From: an uncultured virus (IMG/VR IMGVR_UViG_3300030707_000002)
Taxonomy: Duplodnaviria > Heunggongvirae > Uroviricota > Caudoviricetes
Virus record (IMG/VR): IMGVR_UViG_3300030707_000002
Reading direction: 5' to 3' (one strand)
DNA length: 64,000 bases
Part shown: one piece after another, positions 10,503 to 19,116 of the stretch
How positions within the stretch are numbered: the stretch's first letter is position 1
Layout: every line of letters begins with the position of its first letter
Notes under the pieces: model-generated
Told to the model about the DNA's origin: nothing
What the model saw: only the letters and a program-made list of their open reading frames with translations
The model's database searches: none
Made by a program: the position numbers and the translations under genes

Positions 10503-10524
10503 CGTGCGCGCGAAGGAGACCAAC

Positions 10525-10812
10525 TTGAAGATCACGCAGGCAATCTCAATAGCGTTGGCCACTATCGCATGCGGCGGTCCGCCCGCTCAGGCACCGCCGT
10601 GCACCGAAGGCTGGGGCGGACACACGTGCGCGTACGTCGACGCGGGCGAGAGTTGCCAGCAGGCACTCGAGGAACGCAACGTCGCCATTCAGACGCAGGT
10701 TACGGTGTGCGGCGACCTCGGAACGAACGACCCGACGGGCGCATGCCAGAAGCTGATCGACGCCGCGCGTGAAGCCCAATTGCGGTCGGCGCGGGTGTGT
10801 GGTGGTACGTGA
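10525..10812 (+). CDS. putative lipoprotein
   Basis: TTG after GAAGGAG; hydrophobic stretch ending TIAC-GG. Confidence 0.5.
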   Translation: MKITQAISIALATIACGGPPAQAPPCTEGWGGHTCAYVDAGESCQQALEERNVAIQTQVTVCGDLGTNDPTGACQKLIDAAREAQLRSARVCGGT

Positions 10813-10861
10813 GCGCGCCTATAGCCATCGCGGCAATGCAGGACGATTCGCTCACGCTGAA

Positions 10862-11131
10862 TTACTGACCGCCGTCCCCGCAGGGGACCCCGCACGCCCG
10901 CGGAGTGCCACCGTCGACGAGGCATCGAAACCAGGCAGGGGCCGCGTCGCTCTGCTCGTCGATCTGGATGGACGCCGTCAGTGTGGCCGACGGGACGATG
11001 CAACCGGCGTCGACGAGCTCCGCCGCAAGGGTGGATGCGGTCGGTGGAGAGGTCGGTGGAGGCGTTGTGCGACATCCCGAGCAAGCTGCCAGCGCGCCGG
11101 CGAGCCCCGCGAGGACGAGCCGACGAATCAC
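10862..11131 (-). CDS. putative lipoprotein
   Basis: GTG overlapping peptidase stop; IRRLVLAGLAGALAAC lipobox. Confidence 0.6.
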   Translation of the reverse strand: MIRRLVLAGLAGALAACSGCRTTPPPTSPPTASTLAAELVDAGCIVPSATLTASIQIDEQSDAAPAWFRCLVDGGTPRACGVPCGDGGQ

Positions 11132-12381
11132 GAGGACGCCACCGGCCCGAGTGCCGCCACCGCAGCGGCGAGCTGGGGCGCGACCTGAACCTTCTCCATC
11201 AACGCGAGCTGCTTCGCGAGCACGCCGGACACCGCGGTCTGCACGGCAGCGACCTGGACGGCCGTTAGCACGCCGGCATTCGGCGGTGCGGGGGTCGGAG
11301 TCGGAGCGGGGGGTGCACTCCCCGCGAAGATCGCCGCGACTTTTGCGCCGATCGGCGTTCCGATGCCGCTGCACGCGTCCGGGCCCTGGGCGGCGTCGTA
11401 GTAGCCGTTCGTACCCTGGGTGATGTCGTTGAACGCCCCCTGGTTCTTCCAGAACGCGTGAAGAGCCCCTTTGCCGCCGATCGCTGCGCAGAAGCCGGAG
11501 ATCAGCGGCGCGACCGCCGACGTTCCGCCGACGACCTGCGCGCTGCCGCCTTGGACGATTTCGTACCCCGTGTTGGGGTCTGCGTTGCCAGAGACGTCCG
11601 GGACCATTCGACCGAGCTTCGCCGGCGGAGCGGGCGCGCCAACCTGGAAGCTCTGTACCGGGAAGTACGCGCTGAACCCGCCGCCCGTCCCTTCGCCGTT
11701 CGGATCGTTGGCGGGGGAGTTGTTCCAGACGGACTCGCTCGTCGTGGTCTTCGTCGTTCCGCCGCATCCGACGATGCTGGGGCAGCTCGACGGGCAGTCG
11801 ACCGAGATCGATCCCGACCCGTCGTCCGCATCGTTGTCGCCCGAGGCAGCGAAGACGTCGTTGCTGGCGGCGAGGGCTGCCGAAGCAGCGTTTTCCATAT
11901 CCTGGGCGCTCGAGATCCCCCATGCGGACTCGTTGGCGCCCCACGAGATCGACGTCACGCAGCAGCCGTCCTTGGTCGCCTGCCGAACTCCGCTCGCGAT
12001 GTCCGAGGATCCGTAGACTCGAATCTCGCTCGGCAACTTTCCGGTGCAGTAGAAGTAGGCAGCGGCCTGCACCTCGATGTCGAGCGCGACCTCCACGTCG
12101 GCGTCGCCGCCCGGAGTGTTGCCGACGTCGACCGTCACCCAGGTCACGGTCGGCATCGGTTGGCCGATGCTTGCGAAGAACGCTTGCAAGTCCGACAGCG
12201 CGAACCCTCCGCCGCACTCAACGATGCCGAGCGGCTTCGTGGTGCCTGGTGCCGTGCCCTTCGGGAAGCCGTAGGCCGCGCAGAGCAGCGGCACCGTCCA
12301 CGGACCGCCTCCGGTCGCGTGCGCCGCGAGGTGCTCGCGGAAAGAGCGACGGGAACGCTTGAAGTAGGGGCGCGGGGTCAT
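11128..12381 (-). CDS. S53 family (sedolisin/kumamolisin-like) serine-carboxyl peptidase lacking the N-terminal prodomain
   Basis: ECGGGF, EVALDIEV (catalytic Glu/Asp), SISWG, ASGDN, GGTSAVAP (catalytic Ser), D-A-C-S-G-I-G-T-P tail; ATG at 12381 coupled to upstream stop. Confidence 0.9.
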   Translation of the reverse strand: MTPRPYFKRSRRSFREHLAAHATGGGPWTVPLLCAAYGFPKGTAPGTTKPLGIVECGGGFALSDLQAFFASIGQPMPTVTWVTVDVGNTPGGDADVEVALDIEVQAAAYFYCTGKLPSEIRVYGSSDIASGVRQATKDGCCVTSISWGANESAWGISSAQDMENAASAALAASNDVFAASGDNDADDGSGSISVDCPSSCPSIVGCGGTTKTTTSESVWNNSPANDPNGEGTGGGFSAYFPVQSFQVGAPAPPAKLGRMVPDVSGNADPNTGYEIVQGGSAQVVGGTSAVAPLISGFCAAIGGKGALHAFWKNQGAFNDITQGTNGYYDAAQGPDACSGIGTPIGAKVAAIFAGSAPPAPTPTPAPPNAGVLTAVQVAAVQTAVSGVLAKQLALMEKVQVAPQLAAAVAALGPVASS

Positions 12382-12716
12382 TTGGTCACCTTCGCTGCGA
12401 TCTTCGCCTGCGCTTGCGCTTTGAGGCTGTCCGCGTACGCCACCGACAGCGTCGGAATCGTCCCCGTGTCTTCGAGGTACTGGATAACGTCCATGATGAG
12501 TTTGTCCACGGCGGCAACGTCCCCCGCGATGGCGGGATCCAGCGCCTCGACGGCGGATTCGATCGCGCTGAACACCACGCCGTTCTCGATGTCCTTCAGG
12601 ACGGTCTGCGCGATGGTCGACCACATGGCCGACTGCGCTGGAGAGCAGCCGCTGACCGTGAAGGATGCGGGGATGGCGACAGCAAGGGAAAACGCGAACG
12701 GGATGGCACGACGCAT
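12378..12716 (-). CDS. putative helical lipoprotein
   Basis: signal peptide ending VSGC; leaderless start (TACCAT-N7-ATG). Confidence 0.65.
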   Translation of the reverse strand: MRRAIPFAFSLAVAIPASFTVSGCSPAQSAMWSTIAQTVLKDIENGVVFSAIESAVEALDPAIAGDVAAVDKLIMDVIQYLEDTGTIPTLSVAYADSLKAQAQAKIAAKVTK

Positions 12717-12780
12717 GCTGACGATGGTAGAGTAGCTGCTGGTCGGTGGCTAGAGACAAATCAGCGACAAGGATTGCGTT

Positions 12781-13311
12781 ATGCCGCCCGTCCGGGACGA
12801 CGATCCGCCTGAACTGCGTCACCACCTGTTCGGGAGTCCGATCGTGGTAGCTGAGAACGCCGTGCGGCTGGCGTGGGAGACCAGACAGGACGTGGATCTG
12901 CTCGACGGACAGGTGAAGAGCACGTCCGGTCGGTTGGCGGATCTGGAAGGACGGATCGTAAGGAGCCTGGGGCGGATCGAGCAGCGGCTCGGCATCATCG
13001 AAAGAAAGCCAAGCAAGCCAGAGATAGCCGCCATCACGCCGAGCGATCGGCCCATCAGCTATCACGACCTGCCGAATGCCCTCGCTGCGGTTGAGCGTCG
13101 CCAAGCGGTGGCGTGGTGGATGGGGCTCATCGACGGGCTCAAGAGCGTATTTCGCGAGGGGCTGCGCAAGGGGGCAGCGACGGCGGTGGCTGCGCTTATT
13201 GCTGCCGGCGCGTTGCTCGCGGCCGGATACTTTCTTCGCGACTGCGCGCACGCGATCATCAAGACCGGCACCTCCAACGCGGTGCCGAAGATTCACGGAG
13301 TCGAACCATGA
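12781..13311 (+). CDS. coiled-coil protein with C-terminal TM segment
   Basis: heptad-like LADLEGRIVRSLGRIEQRL; AATAVAALIAAGALLAAGYF. Confidence 0.6.
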   Translation: MPPVRDDDPPELRHHLFGSPIVVAENAVRLAWETRQDVDLLDGQVKSTSGRLADLEGRIVRSLGRIEQRLGIIERKPSKPEIAAITPSDRPISYHDLPNALAAVERRQAVAWWMGLIDGLKSVFREGLRKGAATAVAALIAAGALLAAGYFLRDCAHAIIKTGTSNAVPKIHGVEP

Positions 13312-13619
13312 GCCACAAGTTCACCGTTCTCGCGATCGTGCTTCTCGGCGTCATCGGATGCCCCCCGACGTCGCCGGTGCAGCCGCCCGTCACGTGCGGC
13401 TTCGACAAAGCGGGGGTGTGCGGCGGAACCTGCCCCTCGAACCAGCAGTGCTCGTCGCCAAGCCCAACAGTCTGCGCCTGCGTGACGGCCGACGGGGGAT
13501 CGCCGTTCTGCGGGTTCAACGCGGCCAAAGTTTGCGGCGGCCCGTGTCCGTCCGGTCAGGCATGCACGCCGCGCGGCGCGACTGTGTGCGTGTGCTTCCC
13601 GGTGGACGGTGGAGGCTGA
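13308..13619 (+). CDS. Cys-rich lipoprotein with two ~33 aa repeats
   Basis: VIGC lipobox; CGFxxAxVCGGxCPSxQxC...TVCxC twice. Confidence 0.7.
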   Translation: MSHKFTVLAIVLLGVIGCPPTSPVQPPVTCGFDKAGVCGGTCPSNQQCSSPSPTVCACVTADGGSPFCGFNAAKVCGGPCPSGQACTPRGATVCVCFPVDGGG

Positions 13620-13698
13620 TTCCAGCCCCTGGAGGTAGTAGCTATCTACTGATTGACAATGAGTGACGATGGGCTACCATTGGATCATGAGCGTCCGA

Positions 13699-14190
13699 AT
13701 GAGCACAAAGTGGGTCGCGATGGTGGTCATGTTGGCAGGCTGCGGTGGAGCACCGTACACGCTCGGCGCCGGTGAGACCGGCGATGGCGGTGCCCAGCCA
13801 GTGGCTCGTGGTGACGAGGAAAGTGGCAGCCAGCCGGTGGACCACGGTGCCGGGGATGCGACCCCGGTTACTCCGGCGGTCACTCCGGATGCTGGAGTGG
13901 ATGCGGAGGCGGGAGTGGATGCGGGTCAAGCGTCCGGATCGTCGTCGGGCGGTTCAGACTCGGGTGAGGTGGACAGCCCGTTTTCGAGCCTCGATTCGTC
14001 CTCGGGCGCCGATTCCGGTGGTGACGACGCCGGGACGAGTCTCTGTTGCTTTCAATCGAACTCCGTGCTCCCGAATAAGTGCGGCAACCCGGGCGTGACG
14101 TGCCGCGGGATCGGGTCTGCCTGTGAAGTCGTCTCTTCCCAGGCGCCGTTCGTGTTGGAGTACTACGGCACTACCAAGGTGTGTATGTGA
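13699..14190 (+). CDS. lipoprotein with DAG/DSG low-complexity linker and Cys-rich C-terminus
   Basis: LAGC lipobox; DAG repeats typical of myxobacterial lipoproteins; start uncertain. Confidence 0.7.
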   Translation: MSTKWVAMVVMLAGCGGAPYTLGAGETGDGGAQPVARGDEESGSQPVDHGAGDATPVTPAVTPDAGVDAEAGVDAGQASGSSSGGSDSGEVDSPFSSLDSSSGADSGGDDAGTSLCCFQSNSVLPNKCGNPGVTCRGIGSACEVVSSQAPFVLEYYGTTKVCM

Positions 14191-14206
14191 CCTTGGCGAG
14201 CCTTTT

Positions 14207-15952
14207 TTACACCAGCGTAATCGGTTGCGAAACAACCGGCGCCCCCAAGACAAGCGACAGCGTGCGCGCGTAGAGGCCGGAGAGCTTGGTTGGTAGCGGA
14301 TTCGACGCCAGCGTGCGGGGCACGACCACCGTGGCGGTCGCACCAGACGTCTGTCCGGTCACGGTCTCTCCCTTGACGAAGCCCTTCTGGACCGAGCCGG
14401 AATTGAAAGCGAGCATTCCCGACTCGTCGACACCTGGATCATCGTAAAGCACTGTGGCCGACCCGGTGCTCTTCTGTCCCTTCACGGTCTCGCCCGGCGT
14501 GAACGGTCCACCTGCGACGTCGACGTACGTCAGCGCCGGCGCCGTCGTTTGCGGCAACGTGAACTCCGCGAGCAGCGTCATGAGGTGCGCGTTGTCCGGT
14601 GGCGCCGCCTGCGTGGGGCCGCCGCCTGCTGCGGCGGGAGACACGAGGACCGCCGAGGTTGTGACCGCATCGGCCTCCTCGTTCACCGACTGCGCGTAGC
14701 GGTGCTTCTCCGCTGCGGGGGCGATCTCCGGGCGCGTGAGGCCGGTATACGGCGTCGTAAGCTCGACGAACGTCTCGCTGACCGCTGCGATTTCATAGAT
14801 CGTTCCCAGTTGCGCGGCGAATTCGACGGTATTGGTCGATGCGATGATACCGATCTGGCTCACCGTCGTCAGCACAACCGAAGAGTCCTTCTTGACCCAG
14901 AAGTCCCCGGCGAGCTGGGGAGCGCTGTTCTGCTGCTGCGAGAGCGCGAAATAGCTCGGCGGCAGGTAGATGAGGGGCCTCGTGATCGTCATCTGCGCGG
15001 CGTCGGTGAGCGCCGGGAAGTCCGCGGGCGTGGCGCGGGAGGGGATAGGCGGCAGGACGGCCTCGAGCGCGGCGAGCGTGATCTGACCGACGGAGTTCTC
15101 GAAGGCTCCGGTCTGTTCGATGAAGCACACGACGATCTCGGCGATGTCGATGCTGCCGCCGGCGAGCGTGACCTGAGCCGGGTACTTGCCCATCAGCTTC
15201 GTGTGGACCGTAAATGGACCGGCTCCGGTCGAGTCGCGGTAGGTGAGCGTCATGATCTGCGCGCCGCTGCCGGCTGGAATCGCGGGGGTCGTCGCGACGC
15301 CATCGGTGTCGAGATCGCTGGTCGAGTAGAACGCTGCGATTGCGGCGGGCGCCGGGCTCGTGACGGGCAAGCGCGTGTACCGGTCGATGGTGGTCTCGGT
15401 CAACGTGTACGGCAGGACGGGTTGACCGGCTGGTGGCGGCGTCAGGGGGCCGGTCGGCCGACACAGAAACGGCGGCGGGGCGGTGGGGGCTCCCAGCACG
15501 CTCGTCATGGTGAGAACGAGCACGCGTGTGGCTCCCGGAGTCGTGGGGGTGGGGCCGCCGCCAGCCGCCGCGTTGTTGACGGTCGCCGTCGCGCCCGACG
15601 TGCCGCCGGTGATTGTGTCGCCGTGCGCGAATAGGCCGACGACGGTTCCTTCGACGAAGTAGAGCGTCCCGTTCTCTTCGTCGACGGCAACCGTGGCGGT
15701 TCCACCACCCGGTGCGTCTGTGACGGTCTCGCCGGGCACAAAATGGCCCGCCTCCCCCGTGACCGTCACGCCGCCGATCGAGACGACGTCGCTCCCGACG
15801 GTGAGCCCGAACGCTTGCCCGAGCACTTGGTCTGTCCCGTCGGACGAGTAGAGCGGAACCGCGGCGAGCTTCGCGGCGGCCTGCGTGGGCGTGTAGATGG
15901 TGTTGGTCGTCGCGACGGAGAAGGCGAGGGTGATCTGGTTCGGGGCCGCCAT
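14207..15952 (-). CDS. putative virion structural protein (fibre/baseplate-like repeats)
   Basis: Thr/Gly/Ala-rich; two pairs of F-x-x-G-[ED]-T-[VI]-x-G-x-x-S-G-A-T-A-T-V-like repeats; leaderless TACGCT-N7-ATG. Confidence 0.6.
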   Translation of the reverse strand: MAAPNQITLAFSVATTNTIYTPTQAAAKLAAVPLYSSDGTDQVLGQAFGLTVGSDVVSIGGVTVTGEAGHFVPGETVTDAPGGGTATVAVDEENGTLYFVEGTVVGLFAHGDTITGGTSGATATVNNAAAGGGPTPTTPGATRVLVLTMTSVLGAPTAPPPFLCRPTGPLTPPPAGQPVLPYTLTETTIDRYTRLPVTSPAPAAIAAFYSTSDLDTDGVATTPAIPAGSGAQIMTLTYRDSTGAGPFTVHTKLMGKYPAQVTLAGGSIDIAEIVVCFIEQTGAFENSVGQITLAALEAVLPPIPSRATPADFPALTDAAQMTITRPLIYLPPSYFALSQQQNSAPQLAGDFWVKKDSSVVLTTVSQIGIIASTNTVEFAAQLGTIYEIAAVSETFVELTTPYTGLTRPEIAPAAEKHRYAQSVNEEADAVTTSAVLVSPAAAGGGPTQAAPPDNAHLMTLLAEFTLPQTTAPALTYVDVAGGPFTPGETVKGQKSTGSATVLYDDPGVDESGMLAFNSGSVQKGFVKGETVTGQTSGATATVVVPRTLASNPLPTKLSGLYARTLSLVLGAPVVSQPITLV

Positions 15953-16007
15953 GCCCGGCAGCGTAGCCGGTTTCGGTGCGGGATGGGCAAATGCAACTTG
16001 ACACAAG

Positions 16008-16487
16008 TTGCAGCAAGCTGTAGCTTCCTGTTCGACCCTCGTAGCTCAGTGGATCGAGGAACCCAAGCTCCCTGACCACTGCGAGCACTGCGGCGTCATC
16101 GGCGAGATGTCGATGGTCACCGTCGATACCGAGTCCACGGTCGCCGCCATGCACGCCAAGGGGATGCGAGCGCTGCGCAACTCGCGGTGGACGCCGAAGC
16201 TGAAGCCCAAGCCACCGCCCCTGCTCGTCGAGAAGCAGCGGGAGCATGACGGCGACGTGGTGGTGCTTCGCCTCCGCGACTTGCGCGGGGGTCAGGACGT
16301 GTTCACCGTCGTGCCGCGCGCCGAGGTGACGGACGGTCTCTTCGACGACGTGCCGTGTGTTCGCCCGGAGACGATCGCGATGCTCTACCGCCCGCCGGCG
16401 CAAGGCGCGACCTGGGTGCTGTCGTTCGAGAATAACGAACGGATGCGGGTGCGGCTGAACCAGGTGGTGTTCGACGTCGCGGCGTGA
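16008..16487 (+). CDS. hypothetical protein (start uncertain)
   Basis: protein-like C-terminal half; its 3' end is imperfectly duplicated at 17020-17104. Confidence 0.4.
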   Translation: MQQAVASCSTLVAQWIEEPKLPDHCEHCGVIGEMSMVTVDTESTVAAMHAKGMRALRNSRWTPKLKPKPPPLLVEKQREHDGDVVVLRLRDLRGGQDVFTVVPRAEVTDGLFDDVPCVRPETIAMLYRPPAQGATWVLSFENNERMRVRLNQVVFDVAA

Positions 16488-16568
16488 GCCAGTCGCAGGA
16501 TCCGGCGAGTACGATGATTGACAACGTAACCCGTTGAAGTACGCGCGCTGGGCGCTATGATTTCGTGC

Positions 16569-16754
16569 ATGGGACCGCGTCCGAAGCCTCATCCCACGCC
16601 GCAACGCGACGCTAGCGGGCGCCCCGTGCTGCCGCCGGAAGAGGCCGAGGGCGCACACGAGGTTCTCGACGATGTGGACGTCGAGGGCCACCTCCGATGG
16701 CTTGAGACCGGCGAAGGTGAACCGTTCCCTCGCCGTCGCGAGCAGTGCGACTGA
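16569..16754 (+). CDS. putative small acidic antitoxin
   Basis: leaderless TATGAT-N7-ATG; overlaps the downstream RelE-like gene. Confidence 0.45.
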   Translation: MGPRPKPHPTPQRDASGRPVLPPEEAEGAHEVLDDVDVEGHLRWLETGEGEPFPRRREQCD

Positions 16755-17011
16755 TCCGGTTGACCCGAGGGTACGCGCGCTGCGTCGCGCGCCTTGTTCC
16801 CGGCGGCAGCACGACGAGCCAGAAGCTGAACGCCACGATCCGTGAGCTGGCGCGTGCGCCAAGGCTACCGCTGCCCGGGGACATTGAGGGGCTCATCCCG
16901 CCGTCACTGCCGGCGTGCGTGCGACGTGTTCCGGGAGCGGCGCTCTGGCTCTGGTACACCGCCAGCGATACCGAGCTGACGTTGCGCGCGCTCACGGCGG
17001 CGCCGCCGTAG
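16745..17011 (+). CDS. RelE/ParE-fold-like putative toxin
   Basis: 88 aa; IRLTRGY...RRVPGAALWLWY...LTLRAL matches RelE/ParE topology. Confidence 0.5.
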   Translation: MRLIRLTRGYARCVARLVPGGSTTSQKLNATIRELARAPRLPLPGDIEGLIPPSLPACVRRVPGAALWLWYTASDTELTLRALTAAPP

Positions 17012-17643
17012 CTACGGACCAGCCCGCCGCCCAGGCGGCGATGTCGGTGCCGTCGTTCGAGCGCCGCGAACGCATGCGGGTGCGGCTGGAGCAGGTCGTG
17101 TCGATGGCGCTTGGGCGTTCAGAATTGGATGGGCTTCCACGGACTGGCGCCTTCGGGCAGGCAGTCGCCTGCCTTGTCCAATGGGGCGCGCCGCAGCGAC
17201 TTCTTCTCGAGTAGCCCAACTTCGGCCCGGAGCATCTTGCGCATCTTCGGACCGACCCTGCGCCGTTTCCCGGGCACGAGCCGTTTCTGCTTCGTGTGGA
17301 TGGTCTTCATCTTGGCCATGCGCGCCCGGTTCAGCGTAGCTACTCGCACTGGAGTGTGCAAAACCGCGCAGGTCGGGGTCGGGGGGCTCGTGGGCCTTGG
17401 TCCGAGCGGCCCTCGCTGCCGAGGCGGCCGAGCGGGCCGCGGCTGCGTAGCGAGGGGGGGGGGCCCGGCTGGCCTCCGCGCTCCGCTACGCTTCGCGACG
17501 GTTCCCATGAGAGGCGCCCGGCCGGGAGACGGGACAAGAGCCCATTTCACGGAATTGATCGCCTGAGCCCGATCCGTACTATGACGCGAGGCGCACGTGC
17601 TTTCCTTCGAGCTGTACGTTCGTCTAGTGCGAGGAGATCTCTC

Positions 17644-18339
17644 ATGAGCGAGTTCGAGGATCGCGCGCAGGCACACTTCGTTCCACGGGCCCAGTTCGAC
17701 GAGACCCTAGGGCAGGCGAAGGAGCTGCTTGATGCGAAGGCACTCTGGTGGCGTCTTTCGTCGACCGGCGTGGAGCCCCGGCTGGACCGGCAGATGGTCC
17801 AGGAGCGCATCAAGGACGACAAGAAGCGCCGCGTTTTCGAACGGGTGCTCAACCGCGAGATCGTTTGGGCGTTAGACATAATCGCGCTCGACTACGAGCT
17901 GTCCCAGGCGTTTACTAACGTTGAGCCGCGCGTGAAGATGAGTGCCATGCCTCCGGCGTTCGTCGAGGACGTCCGCAGTCGAGTTGCGAAGGTGCATGAG
18001 GTCTTTGCGACGCGCGAGTTCCGGGAGCGCGCGATCCTCCGAAGAACGTGCAAGGGCTCGGCGCTTGAGAACCTCACCTGGGACATCAGCGTGAAGAAGC
18101 ATGATCTGATCGAGGGTCCGGTCGCTGACGTTGCGTACGCCAAGATCGAGCTGACCTTCTCGGCAGCCCTCCCCGCGGGGTTTCCCCCGCTACAGTTGCG
18201 CCGGATGTTCAGCCCGCCCCCGGACGCCATCTCGTTCGACTTCCACGTTGAGGATCTTGAGGCGCTCATCCGCGAACTTGGCATCCTTCGGGACAACCTT
18301 CGCCGCCTAGGTGCTCCCGCGGGAGGGGGGACGACGTAA
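17644..18339 (+). CDS. putative prokaryotic COMM-domain (COMMD-like) protein
   Basis: GAGGAGA RBS; helical N-terminus; C-terminal LENLTWDISVK...YAKIELTF...ISFDFHVEDLEALIRELGILRDNL resembles the COMM domain. Confidence 0.55.
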   Translation: MSEFEDRAQAHFVPRAQFDETLGQAKELLDAKALWWRLSSTGVEPRLDRQMVQERIKDDKKRRVFERVLNREIVWALDIIALDYELSQAFTNVEPRVKMSAMPPAFVEDVRSRVAKVHEVFATREFRERAILRRTCKGSALENLTWDISVKKHDLIEGPVADVAYAKIELTFSAALPAGFPPLQLRRMFSPPPDAISFDFHVEDLEALIRELGILRDNLRRLGAPAGGGTT

Positions 18340-19116
18340 ATGGCTGGCGACACCAAACCGCCGGCCTCGCGCAAGGCTGCGTTGCCGGAGCGGCAGCCTG
18401 CTCCGCTTGAGCCGCTCTCCACGGGGCCCAAAGAGCGTCCCAGCCTGGCTCCCGTCCTCGACCACCAATGGACGACGTTGCTCTGGCACGTTGTTGGGGT
18501 CACACGGTTCGAACACCGACAGGTCGACGAGGACACCCTACGGGTCCTTGAAGAATCGCTGCTGGATGAGATGGACGTGACGGCCTTTCGGATTGAAGAG
18601 TCCGTCGGCAAGTCGCTGCGGGGACAGCAGAAGCAGATCGACGAGCTACGGGCGATGTTTGGTACGCGGATGGCATCGAATCCCTATGTGAATCCTCATC
18701 TGCTGCTCGATCAGCCACCAGTGGCGGAGCTGGCGTCCGAGAATCTGCGCCAGAAGGTCCGGGACCTCTCCGAAGCCGCGGGCGATGTCGTGGACCGCCA
18801 CGCCTGCTACGCGAGTCTCCGGACGTCCGTGGCCAAGGAGCGGGACCGCGTGCACGCCGCCGCGACAGATCGCATGCGCGAGTTTGCTCTTGGTCTGATC
18901 TACGACGCGATGGGTTGGACGGAGGCACTCGAGATCAACGCGACAGCCCTCCATGAGCTCGCGCGCGCCGTCGATCTCGCCTCCGCGCCGACGGTGTCGG
19001 ACGAAGACTTCATGAACGTGCGTGAGATCCTCGAAGCCGGTGGGTTCGAAGTCGCACCTCCTCCCCTGCCGGACGAGGAGGAGCGTGATGACGAGGTGGA
19101 GGCCGAGCCGGTCTGA
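18340..19116 (+). CDS. helical hypothetical protein with acidic tail
   Basis: abuts upstream stop (TAA ATG) and overlaps downstream start (TGATG). Confidence 0.7.
   Translation: MAGDTKPPASRKAALPERQPAPLEPLSTGPKERPSLAPVLDHQWTTLLWHVVGVTRFEHRQVDEDTLRVLEESLLDEMDVTAFRIEESVGKSLRGQQKQIDELRAMFGTRMASNPYVNPHLLLDQPPVAELASENLRQKVRDLSEAAGDVVDRHACYASLRTSVAKERDRVHAAATDRMREFALGLIYDAMGWTEALEINATALHELARAVDLASAPTVSDEDFMNVREILEAGGFEVAPPPLPDEEERDDEVEAEPV

Noticed and set aside
1012..10518. Integron attC cassette array (TAAC after stops)
   Set aside because: No GTTRRRY partner or attC-length hairpins, and the recombinase lacks a visible IntI insertion; kept only as a short repeated motif.
11128..13296. 722 aa ORF taken as the full peptidase
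   Set aside because: The N-terminal 305 codons overlap other genes and look non-coding; the true start is the ATGA-coupled ATG at 12381.
14207..15952. Evidence for a tailed-phage baseplate or contractile system
   Set aside because: The GETVxGxxSGATA repeat is a promiscuous structural module; no sheath, tube, terminase or portal was recognised.
17330..17560. GC-rich hairpin-forming intergenic stretch as an ncRNA or origin
   Set aside because: No recognisable family or repeat support; hairpins are expected at this GC content.
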